From positions 7,768-71,767 of IMG/VR virus record IMGVR_UViG_3300006921_000010: a stretch of 64,000 nucleotides of DNA; one strand, 5' to 3'. This document shows, in pieces, positions 21,283-29,847 of this stretch. Position 1 is the stretch's first letter; each line of letters starts with the position of its first letter. The notes beneath the pieces are model-generated. The model did no database searches, was not told where the DNA came from, and was given only the letters and a program-made list of their open reading frames with translations. Source of the DNA: a virus. A program made the position numbers and the translations under genes.

Positions 21283-21614
21283 CTCATGTCCTCTCCCATT
21301 GATAGTAAATCCTCATTACAATCTAAATATTTAGCATACATGTCTTTTATTACTTGATATATTTCGCCTTCATCAGCAACAGAAAGTATCTGTGAATCAA
21401 TTATATATTTTCTTTTGAAATACGACATACCTTCACCCAATATTCTTTCTACTTCAGGAACTAATACCTCACAATTATTTTTATTCTTTTTAATAAAACT
21501 CACAAAGTCATTAAAAATAAGATTTTCAAATAGTAGTTCTAAATCTGTAGCCAGTGCTTCACAGCAATTGTCTTCATCTAAATCAACATTTTTTAAAATA
21601 GCCATCCAACTCAT
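21279..21614 (-). CDS. Hypothetical protein (MSWMAILK)
   Basis: 111 aa ORF in operon. Confidence 0.6.
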   Translation of the reverse strand: MSWMAILKNVDLDEDNCCEALATDLELLFENLIFNDFVSFIKKNKNNCEVLVPEVERILGEGMSYFKRKYIIDSQILSVADEGEIYQVIKDMYAKYLDCNEDLLSMGEDMR

Positions 21615-21751
21615 TAAAAGACTTCCTTATGACCGCATTCGGGACAAAGATATATTGCTCTATTTCTTGCATATTTAGTTTTAGAAGGTTGCTTTTCTAA
21701 TTTAGCACCACACATCATGCATTTCATTTTAATTATGTCTTCCCAACTCAT
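21614..21751 (-). CDS. Small Zn-ribbon protein not in ORF track (MSWEDIIKMKCMMCG...CPECG)
   Basis: Translated by hand, 45 aa; two CxxC motifs. Confidence 0.6.
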   Translation of the reverse strand: MSWEDIIKMKCMMCGAKLEKQPSKTKYARNRAIYLCPECGHKEVF

Positions 21752-21761
21752 TCTAAATCCC

Positions 21762-22007
21762 TCAATATCCAAACGCAATTCCTTCTATTATATCTCTTAG
21801 GCCTTCTTCGCCTACCTCTTTTCTTATAATATCGTGAATATCCCCAAAGAAACCATCGGTGAATTGACCTAATAATCTCATAGCCAAATCAAGAGCATTT
21901 GAGGTATCTCCTTCTTCCAACAAAGCCCTAATCTTATCCATTGTTTCAATGTGCTTTTGTTCTTCTATGCTACCTTCATATTCCTTAATTACTTCTTTCC
22001 AACTCAT
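21762..22007 (-). CDS. Hypothetical protein (MSWKEVIK)
   Basis: 81 aa ORF in operon. Confidence 0.6.
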   Translation of the reverse strand: MSWKEVIKEYEGSIEEQKHIETMDKIRALLEEGDTSNALDLAMRLLGQFTDGFFGDIHDIIRKEVGEEGLRDIIEGIAFGY

Positions 22008-22498
22008 TACAATCGCCTCTTTTTATATGGCCTTTTATTAGCATTATCAAGTGGTATAATCTGACCTTTAGCATTAGTTCTACGCGAAGCAACAGGTTTT
22101 CCTTCAATAGTTCTAGCACAAGCAGCACAATAATTTAAATCTGCGGCATTGTTTAATGTTTTAGTTTGCTGATTATTAGTCAATTTAATTCCACACATTG
22201 CACACCTAGATGCCGGATTAAGATTAGCACCTTCTGGTGCCAACTCATATCTCGACTTACGCCTATTCGTGTGGGGATGGACTTTATTGCCACCACCACG
22301 TTGTATAGATATTCTTGCTCTAGGAACTTTCTTAAAACTTTCAGCAACCTTTGCTTCTCTTTCTTTGGTCTTTTCATCCCTTGCTTTCATTCTATCTTCT
22401 ATGTTTACAGGCTTATCGCCTTCTCCAGTAAATGGATTATACGGCACACGCTTACGCCTATTACCGCGTTTACGTTTAATAACATCTAACCAATTCAT
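22007..22498 (-). CDS. Basic Zn-finger protein (MNWLDVIK)
   Basis: 163 aa; CAMC...CAAC. Confidence 0.6.
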   Translation of the reverse strand: MNWLDVIKRKRGNRRKRVPYNPFTGEGDKPVNIEDRMKARDEKTKEREAKVAESFKKVPRARISIQRGGGNKVHPHTNRRKSRYELAPEGANLNPASRCAMCGIKLTNNQQTKTLNNAADLNYCAACARTIEGKPVASRRTNAKGQIIPLDNANKRPYKKRRL

Positions 22499-22502
22499 TA
22501 TA

Positions 22503-22616
22503 TCACTTCTTTATTGGTACGCAATTTGGAACTTGTTTTCCATTTTTGTCTTTCATACCTATTTGTTCATAACCATCCCAACAAGGATTTTTCTTAACAA
22601 CATTAAACCAATTCAT
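22503..22616 (-). CDS. Small protein not in ORF track (MNWFNVVKKNPCWDGYEQIGMK...VPNCVP)
   Basis: Translated by hand, 37 aa; CW.GY...G.K.K.GK.VPNCVP is a recurrent phage peptide motif. Confidence 0.6.
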   Translation of the reverse strand: MNWFNVVKKNPCWDGYEQIGMKDKNGKQVPNCVPIKK

Positions 22617-22776
22617 TTTAACCAACCTATTTTTTTACCAATCCAAGTCCAAAAAGAATTGTAGCCTTCAATAGTAATATCTGATTGTCTATTCTCTACT
22701 ATATCTTCTTCAAACAAAGAATCCATTATTTTATCATGATTATGACACTCTAACATTGATTGCATATTATCGCCTC

Positions 22777-23235
22777 CTATCTTTTATCCTGATTGTATCC
22801 CCATTCGTCATCATGTGAGAACTCTTCAATAGGAACCCATGCATGTCCACTATTGTTTCTATTAGCATAAGTTTTATGGCCTTCAGGATATCTATCATCA
22901 GCAAAATCGCTATTTGCACCACATACTTGAACACCATCAAATCTATCACCTTCATATCTACAACCACCATGTTTACCATTAGTGCATTTCCATTCTGCAT
23001 CTTCATCACAATAAAAACATTTTACTCCTTCATGATACCGTTCCGTTCTTTCTTGTATTTCATCTTCTCCAAAACCTTCGTAATCTGAACCATACTGACT
23101 TTCATTATGTGTTTGTCTTGTTCCATAGCCTTGTCCTGGGCTTCTGTTTCCCCAATTTTTTTCTACTTCATCTTCTTTGAGTATTTCTTTCCAATCTTCT
23201 GATTTTTTGACTTCATCATCACAATTACTGCACAT
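22777..23235 (-). CDS. Cys-rich acidic hypothetical protein
   Basis: 152 aa; contains DWKEILK. Confidence 0.5.
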   Translation of the reverse strand: MCSNCDDEVKKSEDWKEILKEDEVEKNWGNRSPGQGYGTRQTHNESQYGSDYEGFGEDEIQERTERYHEGVKCFYCDEDAEWKCTNGKHGGCRYEGDRFDGVQVCGANSDFADDRYPEGHKTYANRNNSGHAWVPIEEFSHDDEWGYNQDKR

Positions 23236-23490
23236 TTATATCAACTCCTGTATATTGTTTGTTTCACATTCTTCCCAAATAACCATTAAATCTTTCATAA
23301 TCTTGATTACTCGATTAACATGTCCTTTAGGTATATTTTTCATAGAGGGATTATCAGTAGTTAGGTGTTGATTATCATCTAACCATTGGTATAAAGTGGA
23401 ACGGTCATTTACTATATGTGCATTATTCACATACCACGCTTCATTATCTGTCTTAATAAGATTTTGAATATGTTTAAAACAATCAGTCAT
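23236..23490 (-). CDS. Hypothetical protein, first gene of the leftward operon
   Basis: 84 aa; AGGGGG SD-like motif upstream. Confidence 0.5.
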   Translation of the reverse strand: MTDCFKHIQNLIKTDNEAWYVNNAHIVNDRSTLYQWLDDNQHLTTDNPSMKNIPKGHVNRVIKIMKDLMVIWEECETNNIQELI

Positions 23491-25299
23491 TGTAAAACCC
23501 CCTTTACAGGATGGTACATACTACCTTGATTATAGAACATATTCGGCATTCTCATTTTCTCACCATTTTTTTGGGGCATATTTTTTAGACCTTTTTTATC
23601 CTATTTTTGGGGTGTTATTTTTCTGGCACTTGCGTTTATTTTTTTGCTCTTTTTTGTCCATTCCCAGAATAAGAATTAATTCATTACCTGTAGTGAGGGT
23701 TTATTTGAGCATTGGTGGTTAATGTGTATTCTTTTATTGATTCATTTGTATCCTTGATGCACCGCGAATTAATTATTAATAGCGATTCATACATTGATGC
23801 TCAACAGCCTTCTATTAGACCCACATGAGTAACACTATATTAATTTAGGGTTTCTAAAGACAAAATCTTATGTCAATTAAAATAAAAAAAAATCGAAAGA
23901 CAAAGCATATGGTGGGAGAAACGTAAAGCGTTAACCACTGATGATGGTCTTACTCTCCCTCGGAATAACGTATAGTTGCGTTAAGCAATAGTAGAGAGGA
24001 GGGGAGACCAGAAGAAGGAGGTTAAAGCAGTGTGAATGAATCACACCTTAAGGGTCGGGTTTAATCACATAAAATATCAGTAGTTGGGTGTGATATCTAC
24101 CAAGCATTCTCCGTGCGTAGTTTCAATAGACGTTTCACTGATGCTTAATGCATCACCTTTCACCACTGCACACGAATGCTGGAGATACACTCCCATCTAT
24201 CTGCATCTTTTATGCAACCATATGGGTGTAGCGTAGCGTTAAGCAGCCTTAAGGATATGAAACGCTTCGCTGTTACATCATCCTGCTATTTCTAGTTAAA
24301 AGCATTGAAACGCTTCACTTTTACTGAATGTTTCATCACAACACTTTTACCACTACGTTACTAAAAATATTGAAGGATGTAATTTAATACCATATGATTG
24401 TGCATTAAGCACACTGTTGTAAGGGAGGTCGGTAATGAAGCAACGTGAAACGGCCTGAGTGGACGTTGACCGAACAAAAGGTGAGTCCCAATCTATTAGA
24501 TTGAACTCGCTACGCTCAAACAAATACAATCATATGGTATCATAAACGTAGTTTAGATTATCCCCAATGCGGTCACAATTCTTAGCGACACACCAACCAC
24601 TCCCGTTGTTTATTGCTAAACGCATATCTACTAAGAATGCGAACCATATGGTAGTGTTAAGTTATATCTGAGTTTACTCTGTTTAGGCAATGGAGGAACG
24701 AGGTGAACTGGTAAGTATTATCACGCAAACATACATAAAACGAATAGTGCATTAAGCACAGTTGTATGTGGCGGCTTAAGTAATACTTACCGTGCAACCA
24801 TGTTCCGCAATTTGCCTAAACGGAGTAAAGTCAGGGGAACTATTATCAATACCACAAATGTGGTTATTATTGACTCTATATAGGAAGAAGACGATATCAT
24901 CATGCTTAATGCATGGTTCTAGTGAGTGCGAGGCGCACTCCAAGAACATCTGATATTCAACCGTCTTCTCCTATATCTCCCCGAATATAACCATATGGTA
25001 GTGTTAAAGTGTAGGTTACTTTACCTAAGTCTTCGGAAACTTTCAAGGCTAGGAGAATATTTAACAGCATACATACGCGCTGAACCTAAACTGGTTCAGG
25101 TAAGTAATGTATTGGCATTAAGCCAATGTTTATTTGGACTAGCCTTACAGTTGGAAGAGACATTAGAGTTACAGTATACTAAACAATAACATCTACCCCA
25201 TGTCGTCTCCTCCCCAGGTGTCTCCCCTTCTGGTTGTTAGCATAGTATCCATAGAACGGCTTAATGCCTTATAGTTCTATTACCTAGATACTATTACAA

Positions 25300-25360
25300 C
25301 CATATGGTGTTATACTTTGTGGTATAACACCTTAAATACTAATCAATATCTATTATAATG
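25300..25360 (+). promoter_or_regulatory. Cassette promoter A (archaeal TATA-type)
   Basis: CCATATGG-N6-ACTTTGT-N9-CCTTAAATACTAA-N-ATTATAATG; TATA-like TTAAATA at 25332-25338, ~26 nt before the inferred start; layout conserved in four copies. Confidence 0.7.
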
Positions 25361-25767
25361 TCGAGGAAACGTAACTCGACATGAGTGTGCCAGAATAAGT
25401 CCGTTATCTAGGGCTAATGGAATGCCATGTTCTGTGGTGGAACAACGAGGCCGATAATAATAAGTCGGTCAGTGAAAGGAAGGTAACTCTTCTATGGTAA
25501 GTTTTCTGGGGTGAATGCTACATGCGAATATAGATACCCATTCAGAATTGGTGGACGGTAGAAATATCAACCCACTCACTCCCCTGTTTTTCTAGTTTCA
25601 AGGATTGAGCCAAACGATAGTTTAATGGACTCATAAAATAAAAAACTAGACCACATAAACGAGTGGGAAATAGAAGTGGAAATCCCGTAAGTTATTCCAG
25701 TGCATCCAACCGAAAGGCTAGCCATTAGTGCGTTAGTAGGTTGCAGGTGTTATAAACAACGCTCGAC
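25359..25767 (+). ncRNA. Putative ~410 nt structured non-coding RNA
   Basis: Follows promoter A; no ORF of 60 aa or more; several nested complementary segments and a CCGAAAGG GNRA hairpin. Confidence 0.45.
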
Positions 25768-26604
25768 CTTGTGGGTTTATTAACAAAGTATACACCCATA
25801 TGGGTGTAGCCCTTAAGGAGACTTTTTCGTTATTATTTCATGGCTTCACGCTTTTTCACATTAATTGTAATCAAGTGCTAAATGCACTATACCATGTTAA
25901 AAAACCTTCACCATTTCAAAAATCACAAAAAACCATTTCATTGTTCCATATGGTAGGAGTCTAGTCTCAGGCATTATGCCTAGAACCGTGGTGGGAAGAC
26001 TTAGGCCGACCCCAAACGTATTGGGGACTATCTATACTACGTTATGACACCATATGGTAGTGTAAAGAAAGGAACAGGATAAATATATTTATGCGGGTAT
26101 GGTGTGTGCGATTACGGTGCTTTTCTAGTATTATGAATAATACAGTATAGGGCATTTAGCCCTTGTATTCATAATGCGTATAGGGAAAGCACGTATACGC
26201 TACACAAATGTCCCGCATAAATATTATTTATTCTAGTGATTCTTATCATCTACCCGTCTTGAGGGCGGGAGACTTCAGGTTATCTGGTGTTAGACTTGGC
26301 TTAACGCCACTTCTTAGTTTCTATGAACTAATAAGAATAGTTCTTCCTAACACCATATGGATGGGGGGCATTAGTCATACAAAGGACATTAAGTCTGCTA
26401 CGAAGTAGATTTGACAATGCTCTCTCTCCACATAAAGTTTAAGACCTGGGGCAAACTATGTATTTGTATCGTTAGATAAACTACTGCCGTTGGCCGTGTT
26501 TATCACGAACTGCAACCATATGGTGGGAGTGGTAATACTTTGTTAAAAGAACGTGAACCTGAAAAAAGGGACAAAAAGAAGGGTGAAGGTGGCCTATCAC
26601 CTAA

Positions 26605-27144
26605 TCACTCTTCTTCTTGTCCCCCATTATCTACTACATTAGGATAACCTTCTAGTGTGAAAGTCCCATCCCAGAAATAACGCTTTGATACGTCATTCTT
26701 AGCATACGCATTGTAGCATTGACTCAAAAATAAGGACATAACCTTAGTTTGATTGTCAGCGTATTCTGTGCGGCCATCATCCATATCTCTATAGAGGACA
26801 CCGCCGGATTTACCGTGTGTTTTAGCAAAACCGCGTTCTTGATTGTATGCTACGTCATATTGATACTGCCAATAATCTGCTTTGTATGTATCAAAATCCG
26901 ATTTAATAGCGGTTGTCATCAATGACCTTCTACCGCCGCCAATAGGGGAATTGCTCAAATCAGCAAATATCCCACTAATGCTAGACCAATGCTTCTTACG
27001 AAGGTCGCTTTGCATGTCACCTATCGCAAATAGTCCATCAGCAATGACTCGTCTACCCTCATGTTGAGGGTTCGCATCGAACCATTCTGCAATCAATTCT
27101 TTCTTCGCATTCCATGTGTTATCTTCCATACTGTAATCTACCAT
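26605..27144 (-). CDS. Cassette-encoded orphan protein, paralogue of 29338..29847
   Basis: 179 aa; own promoter, GGAGG SD; shares N-terminal ME..W and HGKS.G, YA, WDGT and terminal QEEE motifs with the paralogue. Confidence 0.8.
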   Translation of the reverse strand: MVDYSMEDNTWNAKKELIAEWFDANPQHEGRRVIADGLFAIGDMQSDLRKKHWSSISGIFADLSNSPIGGGRRSLMTTAIKSDFDTYKADYWQYQYDVAYNQERGFAKTHGKSGGVLYRDMDDGRTEYADNQTKVMSLFLSQCYNAYAKNDVSKRYFWDGTFTLEGYPNVVDNGGQEEE

Positions 27145-27191
27145 AATTTATTCCTCCAAGTTATATAAATAACTAGGTGTTAGGCCACCTT

Positions 27192-27252
27192 CATTACAGT
27201 CATTTTAACTTACTATTTAAGGTGTTCATCCACAAAGTATCACACCATATGG
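27192..27252 (-). promoter_or_regulatory. Cassette promoter B
   Basis: Minus strand CCATATGGTGTGATACTTTGTGGATGAACACCTTAAATAGTAA...TAATG, nearly identical to promoter A. Confidence 0.7.
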
Positions 27253-28472
27253 AACAACGAAGTGGTAATTGGTAATTGCTTGTAGCGAAGAGTAATTATA
27301 TATTAGTAAGGACATTAAGTCCTAGCAATACGTTGAATATATAATTGTGATTGAGCGAAAGAATTAGCCATTCGTGCCTTAAGGGTTACACCCATATGGT
27401 AGTGTAAAACGATAGACGTTATGGGTTGTAAGGAGACTTGTCATCGTCTAGTCGTAGAGTAACGATGAGAAGCATCCGTCAAGACATGTTGTCGGCTTAG
27501 TTGGTACAATATCCGATATCTTGGGATTGTAAACTGTCCTCAAGATGTGGCTTAATGCCACTTACATACGTTTATCAACCATATGGTTGGTCATAATTGA
27601 AATACAGTTTGATGTGAACATTTAGGTATCAATAAGGTAGCGCAGTAATAGTGCTACATTACTTATACCGTGAACATTGTAAACTGTGTAATGTATAGAC
27701 CATGCCCCATTTTTGAATGGGGTCAAGCCCTAAACCACGTTATTTACGCTTAATGCGTATTTTCTCTTGTCCATATGGTTGTTAATAGACTGGTCTATAA
27801 CTTACCCCATTGTGGAAACCGCTAACGTTGTCCTTGCCTAGCAAGTGTTCTTAATGACACATTACAACAACGCTACTTCCATATGGGTGTGCATTAAGCA
27901 CAGGGTAAAACATAAACCCCCAAATGAGGATTATACATGGCGTTCCGAGAGGAAACCTCCTCCACTAACAATGTATAACCATATGGTTGCATTAAGCAAG
28001 GAACGTAGTATAGAGGTCTAGGGCGGCTCTGACCGATTAATACTACGAGACATTTCCCGATTGCCAAAAATGGGATTGACTTCCGCTAACCGCTTAACTA
28101 AACTACGCAAATGTTTCCATTTTCGTAGATTATGTAAAATCAACCATATGGTAGTGTAAAGATGGAACTGAAGAAAAATATATTTTTCTGAGAGTGCAAA
28201 GAGTGGGGTTTTGCAGATTCAGATGATATTAATTTAGCATTTAGTGGCATTAAGCCACTGCGTAATATTATCGGTTAAAACTCTGTAAAGCCCCCTTTTG
28301 CACCTTGTAAAAATATATTTTGTCTTTGAGTGTATTCTTATCATCTACCCGTCCTAACATCCGCCCCTCTGGTGCTAGACTTGGCCTAATGCCAACTGAC
28401 TAGATTATAATCTACACAGTATCGTTTTATCTAACACCATATGGTTCTAAACTTTGTCTATAGAACCTGAAG

Positions 28473-28688
28473 TTAATCTTCAGATTCCCCCGTTATAGAC
28501 ATATATTCGTCTAAAGCCTGTCTTAATTCGGACATAACCATAGAAAGGTCATCACCAGATACCTTCAATTCCTCAATAGAGAGGACAATGTTCTGTCCTG
28601 ATTTCATATGCTTTAATTTGATAGCATATTTAGGGGCATTTACTTGTTGTATAATAGTAGTAGTTTCGTTATTCATTAAAATCACCAA
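28473..28688 (-). CDS. Cassette-encoded small protein
   Basis: 71 aa (likely start MNNETT after GGTGA SD); downstream of promoter C and a structured leader. Confidence 0.6.
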   Translation of the reverse strand: MVILMNNETTTIIQQVNAPKYAIKLKHMKSGQNIVLSIEELKVSGDDLSMVMSELRQALDEYMSITGESED

Positions 28689-28798
28689 AGGGTGAGACAG
28701 CCCTTAACCAAGTGGCTATACTTCCAATAAATACGTTTAGATTGTCTCATGGCATCATCACGTTGTTGGATAGCGGTCAAGCATTGGTGGGCTGTCTA

Positions 28799-28860
28799 CA
28801 TTATAATAGATATTAGTTAGTATTTAAGGTAGTCCTTAACAAAGTTGTCCTACCATATGG
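28799..28860 (-). promoter_or_regulatory. Cassette promoter C
   Basis: Minus strand CCATATGG-N7-ACTTTGT...CCTTAAATACTAACTAATATCTATTATAATG. Confidence 0.7.
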
Positions 28861-29231
28861 TTCATCGTAGATTGGACAGAACCAGATTTTAGGGCTTACA
28901 CTTGGTATTGTAATCATTGCATCTGCGCTTCGTTGGCTGAATACGCCTGATAAAGAAATATCAGAAGAGTATATGTATTCATCCTTTGAAGACTTGATGG
29001 AATGAAACAATCCCTTCGCTACAACCATATGGAGGGTCATGAAGTGATAAAAGGTAATGTATGAACATAACAGTATGAATAAGGTAGCGCAATAATAGTG
29101 CTACCTTAGTAATACCGTGAAATACATTATTTGTTCATGATAGATTTCTCCACACAAATGAGGTATCCCCACTTACGTTTTGCAGAGGAGATGGCTTAAT
29201 GCCATATATCTCTAATTTCTCAGCAAGCCTA

Positions 29232-29289
29232 CCATATGGTTCGACTTTGTCAAGAACCCCTTATATACTAACTATGTTAGATTATAATG
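29232..29289 (+). promoter_or_regulatory. Cassette promoter D
   Basis: CCATATGG-N4-ACTTTGT...CCTTATATACTAAC...ATTATAATG. Confidence 0.7.
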
Positions 29290-29337
29290 TCGCTGACCTA
29301 ACTAAAGGGAAGAAAGGATTATTGGAAGGTAATTAAA

Positions 29338-29847
29338 ATGGAAGAAAGTAATTGGAATAATGTAAAGAATAAAGTAGCCTCATGCTTAGATGGGGATATT
29401 GATAGTGAAATACCTATTGATGTGAAAACATTAGTAAGCATGCTAATGGAGACAGGAGATAATAATGTCGCAAACCGAACCGCACTAGCGGCATCAGTAA
29501 AAGCGATGTTGAAAGATTTCCCATCAGGTCAAGTAGTCTGGAGAAGAGGTAATCAAGGACTATTGTCTATTGAGGCAAGTATGGTTGTTGAAACTGCTTG
29601 TGCAGAAATTAGAGAAGCGGCTCATCTGTTTTTCACCACTACTCAGACTTATTCACAACCCCTGTTACGAAAGCATGGTAAATCTAAAGGCGCACCTGTG
29701 TTTTTAGATGCCGATGACTACGCAAATACTCTAGTGGCTAAAGCCAAGCAAACTGCTAGAGAATTATTCAAATCCAAAGAATGGGATGGTACTACTGACG
29801 GCTTAGATGCATGTGCATCTTATACCGAAGTTCAGGAGGAGGAATAA
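29338..29847 (+). CDS. Cassette-encoded orphan protein, paralogue of 26605..27144
   Basis: 169 aa; GGAAGGT SD; shared motifs as above. Confidence 0.8.
   Translation: MEESNWNNVKNKVASCLDGDIDSEIPIDVKTLVSMLMETGDNNVANRTALAASVKAMLKDFPSGQVVWRRGNQGLLSIEASMVVETACAEIREAAHLFFTTTQTYSQPLLRKHGKSKGAPVFLDADDYANTLVAKAKQTARELFKSKEWDGTTDGLDACASYTEVQEEE

Noticed and set aside
100-22664. Plus-strand ORFs antisense to left-arm genes (e.g. 904..1350, 11071..11544, 18061..18432)
   Set aside because: Ser/Leu/Phe-rich shadow ORFs lying opposite well-supported minus-strand genes.
25331-25359. Bacterial sigma70 promoter (TATAAT)
   Set aside because: No -35 element; the gene content is archaeal, and the TTAAATA box ~26 nt before the panhandle start fits an archaeal promoter better.
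24926-26408. Track ORFs 24926..25189 and 26208..26408 (also 28813..29040 and 30088..30312)
   Set aside because: They cross palindromes and hairpins, lack clear SD motifs and have atypical composition; likely spurious.
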